Shown: piece after piece, positions 43,929 to 57,900 of the stretch
Numbering within the stretch: the stretch's first letter is position 1
Layout: every line of letters begins with the position of its first letter
Assembly: GCA_964035545.1 (NCBI GenBank)
Contig: OZ037772.1
Span: 7,176,889 to 7,240,888, forward strand
DNA from: Bugula neritina
Lineage: Eukaryota > Animalia > Bryozoa
Reading direction: 5' to 3'
Length of the DNA: 64,000 nucleotides
The notes under the pieces: generated by a model
Told to the model about the DNA's origin: nothing
The model's input: the letters and a program-made list of their open reading frames with translations, nothing else
Databases searched by the model: none
Program-made: the position numbers and the translations under genes

Positions 43929-46900
43929 TCAACTCCTTGATAGTAAACTCTGGCAATGCTTAGCAATACTCTGACATGTCTCATCATCAATATGAAGATA
44001 ATGTACCATGGCTACAACAAACAATGGGAACAAAGGCTATAAGATCATGCCAAAATATATTGAACAAAAATAATAAATACAAAGACCTAAATAAAGCAAG
44101 TTATTAACTACAGGTTGAAACAATATTTTATACTGTAATTCTGTAATACTAAATGGTAACAAATATAGCCCTATAACACTATAGTACAACCTAACATTCT
44201 CTCCTCATTGCAATACAGGTAAATACCTTCAACTTACTACAGTTGAATTTTTTTAAAGCCAATCTTAGACTATTAATGGCTGATTATGTTAAGGTAAACA
44301 AGAAGCAAATTTATTGCAATAAAAAGTATAGTTAATAGAGCACATGAAGAAAATATGGCAAAGTGATGTTTGAGAATACAGAAGACAACATGGGAAAACA
44401 AATATCTCACTATCCAATCATATCAGAGCATTTATTTGAGTGATTATTACTTGATATATTCATGAAAGCTTCTCAATGTATGTATCAAAGAATTGACCAA
44501 TCCTAATCAGCGTAGTGTATAATAGACCAATCATAGTGCATGTATTGTAGCTCGGCCAAGACAATGCGACGGATATAGAAATAGACTTCATACAGCTTAC
44601 CATAAAACTGTAGAAAGCCAAATATTGAACCGGCTATTACGTCTGTTACATAGTGTCTCCCTACAAAACAAGAGAAGTTAATTCCTAGTAACTGGGTGAC
44701 ATTAGATTGACCTTGGAACACTGCAGCAAACTGTCATAGTAAGAACTTGGAACATGAAGACAATTGAGCCTGTGTTTTAGTAAACAGACTTATATTAAGG
44801 AGCTTTGGCTAGAGCAGATTTCATAAAACTAAGGCTTCAGTAGAAAACTTGATCTTCCATTCACTTTTCTACTGGAAAGTATAAAGAACTTTCCAGTAGA
44901 TAAAACCTTAATTAGCTAAAGTATATCAGCTACATCACAAGGTTGGCCTTACCATTTGATGAGAGCCTGCAGGTAACAAATATCTATGAAGAAAATATAC
45001 CATCAAAATAGTTAATAAAAGATGTTAAACTATTGATAATAACTCCAGCATCACAACAAGCAATAATCTATATTAGTGATTATTATCAACAAAAAGCACG
45101 GTTGATTCAAATCTTACAACCTCTGCTGGTAAAGAATTTACGAAGGCTAAAGACTGAGCTCTTTAACATACTGACAACATAGTTTGTGAAAATTGTTACA
45201 CATTATAGCAAGCTATGCGTATGCCCATGACTGACGGACCAAACCCGTAACCTATTACTAGCTATAGGTTAGCTCTCTAACTATTAAACTATGTCTGTCC
45301 TATGATAATCACTAATAAAGTGAGATGTTTACCTAGCATCACCCTAGACACTGCTGTAGATATGGACCACGTAAGAACAAGTATTTGTGAGGAGAGAGAC
45401 AACTCCAAACTGTGTAGAAGAAGACACCCACACATGATGGCTCTGGTTGTGTGACCTGAAACAGCATTAGTCATGAGAATTAAGTGATTTGCATGACAAT
45501 AAAGTGCCAGATACTACCCAATTAATGTTGAGGGATTTTCGTGAAATTTCCAGAGAGATTATTTCAAAAGCAAACTGCTTGTTAAAAGTCAGTGTGAGAC
45601 TAGAAAATAGGGTTAGTTTAAAAAAATACATATGTTCACATGATAAATAAATAAAATTAAAATGGCTCAGTGATGCTCTTTATACAAACCACTAAAAATA
45701 TTTAGTAAAGTCATTCAATAAGTAAAACTTATTCGAAAAGTTAAAAATCCATGATAATCAATCAAAAACAATCACAAACCTGAAGGAAAAGAAAATTTCT
45801 TGTCTATTTTAACTGAAACCAGAAAGTCTTTAGAGTGGTGGTAGGATGGGCGTGGCCGTCTCACTGTTACCTTCACCACTAAAGATACTAGCAGGTCCAG
45901 AATTAGGGCTGCAACAGAATTTCAGATCAGTTATTGAAATAATTCAGTCAGTTTGAAACATACAAAACCATTAACAAGTAAAACAAACTAAAGTAAAAAT
46001 AATATATGTAAGTATTAGAGAGATAAATGCTATCTTGTATAGTTTTTAAAGTTTACGAACATAAAAGCTAATTGATTCGTATCACTACTTATCTAACTTA
46101 TATGAAATAAAATAGATAAGTAGTAATACTGTTACTGGTCACCTTTGGTCACCTTTCACCGCGGGTAGCAGGTCTTTGCTTGATACCAAGCTTTACCAAG
46201 TTACTCTATTACTATACAGATTATTGTATTTACCAGTGCCAAATAAAACATTTATAAATGTCAAAGTCAAGTATAAATTATCATGATTATAGTCAAAATT
46301 AATAATAATATTCATCCTGTCAGTTCAATTAAATTGAATAGATTCTATCGCATTAGGAATATAAATAATATGTTGGCCCAACATGAAGAATAAATTGGGA
46401 ATTTCAGTGTGGTTATAAACATGACAATAGCCTAACTTTTAAAATATTTATAAATGTTAGTTTAAAGTTTAAAAAGATTGTGGGAATTGCAAGGTTTTTT
46501 ATGAAGAACACAGGCAATTTTACATTTCTCTGCTACTATACATACATGCAATTGGGAGTGCTGTTAAAGGTGAAGGTAAAACAGTGAGTTGGTTAGTAAT
46601 TTTACTTTCAAAACTATCATCTGTCAATTAATGCTACACTTCCAGAGTCAACAACTTCATTACTAAATGAGTGACAGAGCATGCGTGGCAGACGCATTGT
46701 GATTGTTTATGCAACTACAACCACAATGGCAGTACTGTGTATATTGTTCTTATGATAATGGTCAGTGTGATTGAACTAATACAACGGCAATAAAATTCAA
46801 AAATGAACAGGTTGACGTGAGACTAACAGCTAACTTTCAAATAATTTGCCATACTTAAAGTAAATGGTGAAATAAAAATATAATGGATATGGCTAAGCCT

Positions 46901-47355
46901 AAAGTAGGCCTAACAGACTAAATTAAACGCCACAATCATTATTAAAAATCAAAATTCATCAAAAACAAAATATTATATCAAGATATATTTTAAAACTAAC
47001 TGACAATTAAACTATAAACCATAAAGTGAGCTCTTGAACTTTAAGTTTAAACTAAAATTAATGAGTTAAACTTGAACTTGATGCTTATACTCAACTTATA
47101 GTTATAGTAAGTTATACTTATAGTTATAATATTTAAATTTTTGGTCTCACCTGCCAAGAGATTGACATGGTAACTAGTTCGTTCAGCTTCTACCATAAAA
47201 ATAGCTACTATTGCATATATCAACCATGGTATACCATGGAAAGACAGTTCTAGAAGCCTGAAGCAAAGTCGCAAATACTTCCAAGGTGTTGTTGGATCAG
47301 CGCAAATAGCTAACTGCCGAGAAATGAACTTATCTTGTTTTAGTAAATAATCCAT
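43929..47355 (-). CDS. PLPP6: PAP2-family phospholipid phosphatase 6-like (polyisoprenoid diphosphate phosphatase), 199 aa
   Basis: Exons 47355-47151, 45908-45780, 45455-45333, 44660-44601 and 44011-43929 (600 nt, all introns phase 1). Motifs: C1 KVTVRRPRP, C2 SFPSGH, C3 SRVMLGRHYVTD, plus the PLPP6/7-type LLELSFHGIPWL. Confidence 0.92.
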
Positions 47356-47499
47356 AAGAGCTACTTTGTAAAGTAACAAAGCAAACTGATAACATTCAAC
47401 TTGTAAAATATTATACGCACATAGCCATATTTTTACATAAACATTATGACTAATGAGCACTCAATAGTCAAACTCAATGCCAATGGTGAACTTAGGAAG

Positions 47500-48215
47500 G
47501 AGTGGTTAAACAGGAAACTTAGCTACGGAGGCAGCCATGTTTGTTATTACCACGTGATTAGCTATTTAACCAATTGAAAGTCGCAATCTATCGTGGTTTT
47601 ATGTTCAATTGCAATCACTGTGAAAGCGTTTCGAGTTTATTACTTTATAGTTATAATTATAGTAAATGTAATACTTGCACTAATACTAATAGTAATCTTA
47701 ATTATAATAGCTTGTTTCCTTGTACTTGTAAGGTATTAGGTATGATAATATTATAATTTTGTACAATTAAAGAATTTTCTTACTTTAACTGTTGTACTTT
47801 TCAGTTCGACTTTGAGTTTTACTTTGCTCAACTTGAATATTTAGATTTCGTCAATCAATCGGTATCACTATGAGTATGACTATCAGTATGAGTATGACTA
47901 TCAGTTACACTTATACTTACAGATACTGTTAGTGTTTTAAAACAGAAACACTTACACTCACTATGTTACGGTATCATTATCATACTCATACTGTAAATGT
48001 AAGTCACTAAGTGTGATACTGATACTGATATTCACATTGTCAATTGTGATTGACTGATTGAATCAATGTGAATGTAAATGTTTGTGTCACATTTACTGAT
48101 ACTTATACTGATAGTGATAGTCACGTCTGTGATTGGTTGTAATTAAATAAGCCACTGGCTTTCTCCCCTTAGCCCACTCTTTCAGGAAGATTGGGATTCA
48201 GGGAAATTCAGGTAA
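47500..48215. promoter_or_regulatory. Putative bidirectional promoter region between PLPP6-like and GPSM2-like genes
   Basis: The genes are head-to-head. YY1-like GCAGCCATGTTT (about 47531), E-box CACGTG (about 47551), CCAAT on the minus strand (about 48132), and a candidate plus-strand 5' UTR donor CAG|GTAAAT at about 48211. Confidence 0.45.
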
Positions 48216-48468
48216 ATACTCATAGTCACTGTCAGTGTCTTAGACAAGTGCGAAGGTTTTTTCAACGCGCACAGTGGACACCTTTGCTACTTGTGATTTC
48301 AATTTTCGCATGCGAAAATACGCACCGTGTGGCCCTAGGCTTACTGATACTGATAGTGATACTCATACTGATAGTGATATTTGTACTGATTACCGAGTAA
48401 AAATATCAGCATGACATTGTGACTTGCATGGCTATGACTGTCAGTATGACTATGACTATGAGCCATGA

Positions 48469-49143
48469 GGGTGCAAGTCGTTTCGTAGTACCCACTTTTT
48501 CAGGTCGTTTCGTACACATTAATATAATTGAACAAAAAGAAAAATACATATTTATGTATTAGTTTATTATTTGATGTATGATTTATGCAGTAGCCATAGG
48601 CCTACTGCTCAAAAATAACTTGCACATTTTATTTCACCACATACTTATTAATGTGTGATGTAGGTGTTAGATGGAAAGGGTTACTGTCGTTTTGTACATA
48701 GGTCGTTTCGTACACCAGTTGTTTCGTCTACAAACTGCTATCCATTCTGTATCCAAAATTAATAATGAATTAAGTCACTGGATAACTACTTGAAAGTCAA
48801 ATAATACTAGTTTACTTATTTATTGCATCCTTTGTCACCTATTGATCAAAGTTTTATATTAATCTATTATATATTAAAATTTATATTATGATAAAATTAA
48901 ATGCGTTAACATTTTTTTTTATATGATTATCCATCATTATATATATTGAACACACTGCTATGTTTTTGGTTTTATTTTGATCAATGCTAGCTTTTATTTT
49001 ATTCTATTATTGCTGTACTACTCATGCATCAAATAACAAATAAATATCAAAAAATATGTATTTCATTTAATTTATACTGATGTGTATGAAATGACCTGAA
49101 AAAGTGGGTACGAAACGACTTATGTACGAAATGACACGCACCT
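48469..49143. mobile_element. MITE with about 90-bp imperfect inverted termini (GTCGTTTCGTAC motif)
   Basis: The left end GGTGC..GTCGTTTCGTA..GTACCCACTTTTTCAGGTCGTTTCGTACACAT is mirrored by ATGTGTATGAAATGACCTGAAAAAGTGGGTACGAAACGAC...GCACC. Further motif copies lie at 48686-48730. Confidence 0.8.
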
Positions 49144-49294
49144 GATGAAAACTTTTCTCTTGGTTCATATATTGTTATCAGTAGATGGCAGCAACTAGTT
49201 TTTTTTTTAAATATGCTCGGGGAAAGAAATATATTATGCTGGCCCATTTATATCATGATTTATCGATAAATATTTTAATCAATAATAGTTAGTT

Positions 49295-49800
49295 CAGGGT
49301 TGGGGTAATTGTAATTTGTAATTGTAATTGGTTGTAATTAATTACATTTTTTTAAGTAATTGAATGTAATTTGTAATTGATGTATAAAAATGCAATTGTA
49401 ATTAATTACATTGCTAATGTAATTGAATTTCACAATTACTTTATAATATCATAACAATGACTTCAAATTTATAAATCTTATAAAATTCATATCTTTCCTG
49501 CTTTGCTTACTGTTTAATCAAAGTTCAGATTAATTTGATGTCGTATTTGTCACCATATTGGTTACTGTTGAGAACAAAGAAGGATTTCAGTTGTCAAAAT
49601 TACCCCTGGTAGTTGGACCCCAGAAGTGAGATTATATAACTTTTATTCGTCTCTTATGAAAACAAAAGTAATTTTAATGAATTACATTACCATGTAATTG
49701 TAATTAATTACATTTATTTCAACTGTAATTATAATTGTAATTGACAAATTCTCATGTAATTGTAATTAATTACATTCATATGTAATTGACCCCAACCCTG
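49295..49800. mobile_element. hAT-like MITE (TIR CAGGGTTGGGGT, GTAATT subterminal repeats)
   Basis: CAGGGTTGGGGTAATT ... AATTGACCCCAACCCTG with dense GTAATT/AATTAC repeats at both ends. No clean 8-bp TSD is visible. Confidence 0.8.
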
Positions 49801-50104
49801 GCCGTTAGTCATTGTTTTTCGATTGGTGTTCTAAAAATTGTTTATTTATTTACTTGTATACTGAGTCGTTTATGTTGCATCACTTAGCAATTTATTTTTG
49901 ATTTACCAATTTTGACTATCCACAGCTAATAAAAGTTGAATAAACTATACTATTCTATTAATATTATAAAATTGCACTCTACAGTCTACAAACAATTAAA
50001 AACAAATAAAGTGCTGTTTTGAGCAATATTGTTCTACGTAATCGTAACCATTTTTATCATTGTATGAAGGATCGAGGCTTGACCAATCTCGAGTATATAA
50101 TATG

Positions 50105-50320
50105 AAAAACTCACACAAGTTTATAGTCACTATCCCTGTGAGAAATCCCTGATTGAAAGGGTTTTTGTTAAATTGAGTTAAAGACTTATTCAGATGAAGC
50201 ACAGGAACAATTATTACTGAATGCTCTTCCTAACATCACCAATGGCCTTTGTCAGGGTTCACACCCATGACTTCTTGCTTACTAGGCAAATGCTCTAACC
50301 CCTGGACCGCGACTACTCCC
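50105..50320 (-). mobile_element. tRNA-derived SINE (same family as 42977)
   Basis: Reverse-complement match along the full length, including the tRNA-like head. Confidence 0.85.
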
Positions 50321-50503
50321 TCTATAGGATATAATGTATTAGTTCAATATTATATGCTATAAATTGTTCAAGTCCCAATTTTTCATATATTAGAAAAAAT
50401 TAGTTGCTCACATTTTTTCCACCCTACATGGTCTTTTGCCTCTTTAAATATACAAAAGCTGGATTCATAAATAGTATGGTTTTCTTTGTATGTTGTAAGG
50501 TGG

Positions 50504-53500
50504 ATGGAGGGGTCCTGCCTACAGCTCGCACTGGAAGGAGAAAGATTGTGTAAATCTGGCGACTGTATCAATGGTGTTCAGTTTTTTGAGGCTGCAGTCA
50601 AATCTGGTGAGAGATTCTACCAAATTTGAACTTTGAAGAGATTGAATTAGAGTTGACAATAATTCACTAATAACCCAGAAATTGCAAACCAAAAACTTTC
50701 AATTTTTTTAATTCCTAATTCTAACAGATGGGTTCTTTTCTTAACCCTTTAGCTGGATTTGAAAAATTATGCAATATTATGTTTGTCAGCGAAATCCAAC
50801 TAGTCAAACTAGTCAAACTATTCAAACTCAATATTCTCCGAAAGAAAGTTATTGGTCTCAATTTTCAGTTTTGTTAACATTTAAACTTATTAATATGTGA
50901 ATACTGAATCAGGTCTGACTGCCTGCATGTTCATGGTGGTGATATCTCTCAGACTATTATAAATCAGAGTCAAGTCTAGCTTCGGTATCCATGGTTTTGG
51001 TTCCATAGCAGTCATTATTTGTTTGGATTTTCAAGTATCGTTACACAAATTACCTGTATTTTGGCAAAGAGGGTTTTCAAAACTAGGTTGCTCAGTCTTG
51101 AAATATAGAGAGCTTTTTGAAATTAAGTTAACACAGTATCACAAGTTATACTGAAGATATGTCAAAAATATTAACAACATGGAAAGTGAAGCTGAAAATA
51201 CCAAACAGTGAATTTCGAAGTCTTTTCATATTGCCAACACCCAACCTAGCACTGCTACAAGGCCACTATTTACAAGGCCGCCGTACTGCAGGTTCTGTTG
51301 TAATATTTTTAGGAGTTACCCCATTATATCTGCTCATTGTTTTGTATTCACAAATTCCTCCTGTCTTGTCTTTATGTTGTCAAATTGAGTCTCCCAAATT
51401 GATAATGACTGCTCACTCCTATAGACAAGACTGCTGCTTGCAAATGTAATAGACAATATTATCTACAAGGTTCAAGTACATTGCCCTGCATCTAGAAGAT
51501 GGATCTCTTCAAGTTGAAACTATGTACCCAATCATTTAACATTTAGGAGCAGTAATGAAGAATTTGAGATAGCCTAAATTCTTTAGTTTAATTATTAGAT
51601 TTTGGTTTGGGACGCGGGTTAAACTAGCTTCTTATGCTAGATTTCTAATCACAGGATTTTCTCAAAATCTCCATTACTGCACCTACCTCTCATTTAGGGT
51701 ACTAATCGTACTGCCACAAGGTACTTTTTCAGTTGCGTACTTTTTCTGCTCTAGGTACTGACGATTTGAAGGTTCTCTCTGCCATATATAGTCAACTAGG
51801 AAATGCGTATTTCTACCTCCAGCAATATGAGAAAGCGTTTGAGTTTCATAAACATGACCTCACTCTTACTCGGTATGTAGTGCTAGTCTGACTCTGGGTG
51901 TAGTATCAGTCATACTCTGGGTGTACTACGACTCAGTAAGTGGTACTAGTCAGTAGTCATACGTTGTAATGTTTCAGTATGTAGTATCAGTGATATACTG
52001 ATTAATGACTGATGGTTTAGTACAACTAAGTATTTAGTACTACTGTACTAGTCATACTTAGTGATGACTAAGTGTGTAGTATCTCTGATACTTAGTAATA
52101 ACTTTATGATTTAATACAACTAAGTATGTAGTGTGAGTCATATTAGTATTTAGTATCAGTGATACTTAGTAATGACTCAGGGTGTAGTTTGAATTTTACT
52201 GGAAGACAATTCTAAAAATAGGTTCTTTCATGTCAAGTCTTTTATATTTTAGTCCGAAATAGTGTTGTTTATGGTTACTTTTTGGATTTTTATACTTTTT
52301 AAAAATATTTAATTTGAGTAAAAAAATTAATGATTCTCGAAAAGGGCCCATTAGTAAATCCTATCTTAAATAAAAGCCATTTTCAATTTATACTGGGTTA
52401 TAATTTCATGGCCAATTTGAAACTGTTCACCTTTCGCCCCTGTATCTGCTGATTGGTTGGCTGAAATGGTTGCACAATAATCACTTGGTGAGCATCATTT
52501 ACAGCTGTATCATTTTCTATGTTCACACTGAAACATCTACAGCACAGAATGTTGCATCTAAAAGATAAAGTGAATTTTATATAAGATATTGTGAGTGAAA
52601 ATTATATGCACAAGGTTGGTAGCCCAGCCAATAGCAAAGGCGATTTACAGGTTTCTTTTAAACTTTACAGTTAATTTGAATAAATTAACACAAAAGTTGG
52701 GATAAAATTGAATGGTTATGCATTTTCACTGCATTTGCACTTTATTTATAACATTGCAACTATACTGCATATAATATACTGCAGCTACAGTGCAAAGCTT
52801 CTTGGTTAGCAAGATACAATGTAAGCCAACACGTTTTTTCAAGTGCCCACTCTCTCTACATCCACAGTAACTGTTATTGATATTGTCTGGTTTATTTGAA
52901 GTCACAATAATGCAGAAAATATTATTGCAACACTTACTCTGTTTACCTCCGTTACCAGGTGATATAATTGTGTTATATATGTAATATTTGTTGTACTTCA
53001 TCACTCAAAGTAATCTGTATAATTAGCAATTATTGCACATGTTAGAATCAGCATTTCTACTACTTACAACGTATTGATTAGTGTGAAATGTTTTAGAGTT
53101 TAACGTACTCTTATCGGTCTGTATAATTGCATTTACTGCAAAGCAAAGTATACATTTGCTAATGGCCGCTAGGTTGCTTGTTTATTGACAGTAAACCTCA
53201 CTATTGGGACGTGAATCCCATTTGTTTTTACGGAGGAAAGTAATGCAATCCCAGCTGTGTATGTCACAGAAAAGTTTCCTTACTTTATAAGTTTCTAATC
53301 CATAATATAATTTTTTCGTGAACTAATGGAGTCTTCTAATTCCATTAATATTCTTGTAATTATTCCTTGCGTTGCATTAGTCCATACATTAGTTCTCTGT
53401 ACTTTGCTGGAGCAGCACTTCACGGTGTGTTTCATACATCTATAAGTGGTGAGTGTAAGCGTGCTAAACGGTGATAATTTTCACCCTTTGAGTCATGGGC

Positions 53501-54821
53501 TTTCAGTTTTTAACTAAATCAACTACTTTAGTTTGACGCCTGATCAGTTGAACATATATAAATCATTTCAATAGGAGTTTATTCGTTGCAAGTGACAGTA
53601 TTTTTGCACTTGCCGGCTTTAAACTTGTTTAAGAATATTTTACATCTTTTTATTTTTATGTAACTAATATTTTTACAGTTGCAAGGGCTAGATATGGGGT
53701 TTAGAAAGGAAAATCAATTGCTCATTACTTCTGCGGCAAATTAATTTCTGTTGTGTTTTTGTATATAAAAGTATTGTAGAAAGTAGCAATGTGAAACCGT
53801 TACATCATAAGTTATAAGTGTAGTTAAAAGTTGCAAGTGTAAAGATAAGTGAAAATGCTGGGTTTTTATACCAGTCAAAAAGGTTAGCTATTGCGTAGTA
53901 GCCATAATATTGCTGGCATAGCTGAGATGTTACATGAAAATCTATAATGAATTGGGGAAAAGCTTTCCCAGTCTATGTAAAGTCCCAACAATTTCTTTTT
54001 CAAAACCATTGAATCATGTATATGCCTCAGTTTGTATATTAATTTAGATATTTAATTATTCATTTAACTTATTGTTATAGCAATGGCAGGTGACATGTGC
54101 AGTATATTATACTTTTGTGTAAAGTAATAGCTTTTACATTGATTTTTGTTGACATTTAATAATTAAATGAAATTATAGCATTCCATTAAAATGCAGTCTT
54201 ACCTATAATAAATTATTTTCTAAGTTATTTCCTGTTTTGCTAGAAGGTTCCCACACACTTATTTTGTGTGCCGAGACTTTATAACTAGTATTTATATTCT
54301 TTAAATTACCTAAATTAAACTATTTTACAGTTTCAGCATTTTGCTGTCTAATGGCAGTTGAATTTTAGACAACTATATTCATCTTCTCCTGTATATATTA
54401 ACAACTTTCACCCTTAGATGGAATTACTTAACAACACAATGTAAATAAATAAACACAAAATAAAAACACATATTCGCCAGCAAGTAGTTTTCTATATGAA
54501 AGGCAAATGTTTTTTTTTAACAGCTCAGTGAATGTGTAAAAGATTTTTCATTTTCAGACATTTTAATATCTTATTCTCCTGCATATTGCTGCGTATTGTT
54601 ATTTTGTATTTCTCCTAGCAACTCTCAATAGTAGATAAAACTACTTATTTTATGAAAAACATAAATCAAAAAGAATAATTTTATGTTAGAGCTTCAGTGT
54701 CTCACCTTAGTTAAGTGTACATGATTGGTGAATTTTTATTTTATAATGTATATGCCTACCATGTAATATATATACCTACAGTGTAATATATATACCTACA
54801 GTTTAATATCTATACTTACAG

Positions 54822-54901
<80 letters not shown>

Positions 54902-57900
54902 TTACAATGTATTGTATGTAGGCCTACTTAGTACTTACAGTGTAATATATATAATACTTACAGTGTAACACATTATGTCCCTTCTGTTGACAGTACAATG
55001 GGAGATGTGCAGGGAGAAGCCAAAGCTTCTGGTAACCTTGGTAACACTCTGAAGGTGCTGGGCAGCTATGATGAGGCTATTGTATGCTGCCAAAGACACC
55101 TCACTCTGGCAGAGGGCATGGGAGATAAGGTCAGCTTTCTCACTGCTGGCAAGGCAGCTCTATTGTAGAGTTGTGAATTTCACTTTTGGTGTATTGATGC
55201 GACAGAGTAACTAGTGACAGTTATACTCACAGTAACTAGTGACAGTTATACTCACAGTAACTAGTGACAGTTATACTCACAGTAACTAGTGACAGTTATA
55301 CTCACAGTAACTAGTGACAGTTATATTCACAGTAACTAGTGACAGTTACACTCACGGTAACTAGTGACAGTTATACTCACAGTGACTAGTGACAGTTATA
55401 CTCACAGCTACTAGTGAAATGACACTCAATAGTATCCATGATTACCGGTGAAAGTAATAGTATTTAACTTAACACTTGCTTTAAGTGCCGAATAGCAACA
55501 CAAACCAAAAACTGGAGTTTACTTACAAAGCTGATGGCCGCCATCTTGTTTTACTTGTTCTAAAAATACTAAATTTTTTAGAGTTCCCATATTCTTCATT
55601 GATGCAGTTTTTACCCTTGTTAGAAATGTGTGAAGCCTTGCACTTTTAGTATAATCTCTCTTCTACTAGCCATGGTGATAGTCACAGTACAGTGACAATC
55701 TATTGCTATTCTAATCCATGACAGATAATCCTATGAAATATGTATGTCAAACTACTGAATGTGGCCGAGGTTTCTGCACTTACATGTTAAACTGCGGTCC
55801 AACTTTTTGTAGGTTAGCATAGCCAGAGCCCGCTACAATCTTGGCAATGTATATCACACTAAGGCTAAGCACATGGGAAACTTAGGTTAGTAATTTTAGC
55901 TGAATCTGTTCATTTTAACATTCGGTGATTTTTTTTCAAATATTAGTTTTTTATTTTATCCATCCTACTTCTGAAAGTTAAACTGTAAGTCCTTATAATT
56001 TAAAGTTAAAAAACTCTAGAATCACTGATTCTTATCCAAACTTTTAAAATGTCCTAAAGAGAGATCTCAAGGATTTTTATACTTATGTTCACATGTCCTT
56101 CCGTATTTCCTGTTAGGATCACATGTCCTTCTGTATTTCCTGTCAGGATCACATGACCTTCTGTATTTCCTGTTAGGATCACATGACCTTCTGTATTTCC
56201 TGTTAGGATCACATGACCTTCTGTATTTCCTGTTAGGATCACATGATCTTCTGTATTTCCTGTTAGGGTCACATGACCTTCTGTATTTCCTGTTAGGATC
56301 ACATGACCTTCTGTGTTTCCTGTTAGGATCACATGACCTTCTGTGTTTCCTGTTAGGATCACATGACCTTCTGTATTTCCTGTTAGGATCACATGATCTT
56401 CTGTATTTCCTGTTAGGATCACATGACCTTCTGTATTTCCTGTTAGGATCACATGACCTTCTGTATTTCCTGTTAAGATCACATGACCTTCTGTATTTCC
56501 TGTTAGGATCACATGACCTTCTGTGTTTCCTGTTAGGATCACATGACCTTCTGTATTTCCTGTTAGGATCACATGACCTTCTGTGTTTCCTGTTAGGATC
56601 ACATGACCTTCTGTGTTTCCTGTTAGGATCACATGACCTTCTGTATTTCCTGTTAGGATCACATGACCTTCTGTATTTCCTGTTAGGATCACATGACCCG
56701 GGAGAGTTCCCCGAGCAAGTAAGAGAGGCATTGATGAAGGCCGTGGAACACTACATAATCAACCTTGACATAGTAAGGGAGCTGGGAGACCGACCAGCCG
56801 AGGGAAGGGCCGCAGGTAACCTCGGAAACACTTTCTACCTGCTAGGAAACTTTGCTGAGGCTATAAACTACCACCAGCAGGTAACTGGAGTTGTCCTCCC
56901 ATTTATCTGGTAGTCAATAATATGATCTCATTGGAAATCTAATTAACAACTTAGTTGATAGGATATATGATTGGATTGCTAAGTTTATGTTATATGGTAA
57001 TGGTATTATTGAGCTATACGTTTGAATTGGGGTTAGTAACTTATCAAGTGTGTCTGTCTGTTTGTAAATGTAATGAAAATGGAAAGGTTTAGGCACAAGT
57101 TGATGCACTGCATTTCTTTGCTATTTTTCAAATTTGTTGTTTCTGTATCAAAGTATTTTTTCTAAATATTTTTCTTGCAAAAAATGCCTTTTTAAAAATG
57201 TATGGTCCCGTTGCAATTGTTATGGAGTTATAATTCCCTTACTTGTGAGGAGAGGAAGATTAGACTTTTTCTCCTTCTTTTCAATTACTTTTGAATATTG
57301 AAATGTTTGTATTTTACTTGCTTGTGGTTGTAATCAGCTTGAAGTGGACAATTCAATGTGCTTCCTTTACTGGCGATACTCTGACTTCTTGTTTACAGAG
57401 ACTGGCTATCGGCAAGGAATACGGAGATAAGCCGGCGGAGAGGCGGGCTTACAGTAACCTAGGCAACGCCCACATCTTCCTCGGGGAGTTTGAGATTGCC
57501 ATCGAGTATTATAAGTAAGTAACTTCGAGTTTGAATCTTGTTATTCACCACTCAGCTCTTGCACGTTGTCAGTAAACTCGCGTAGAAGTGTGTAAATCAA
57601 ATTGTTTATAAAAACTAAAGAAATTCCTCCGTTTACTAGTGAGCTGTGGCATATAATTGTTGTTGAAAAAAATATGAAGAAAATAATCGTTCACTTTCAA
57701 CTCAACATTTCTTGAGGATTAGTTGCGAATAAATTAACTCAAAATAAATTAATTTGAATCTTTTTATTCAGTCAGTAAAAAGTTGAATTTGATTCTTTGT
57801 AGATTTAATCTATTTAAATTTTGGTGTGGAAGAATTATTTATACAAACTTTTGTACAAATAATGTTTACCGGTTTTTTGCTGTGCCTAAGCAAAGAGGCA

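Noticed and set aside
56054-56731. 225-aa minus-strand ORF (GHVILTGNTE)n
   Set aside because: It is the antisense reading of the 30-bp acceptor array and overlaps GPSM2 exon 5. The lack of stops follows from the repeat unit.
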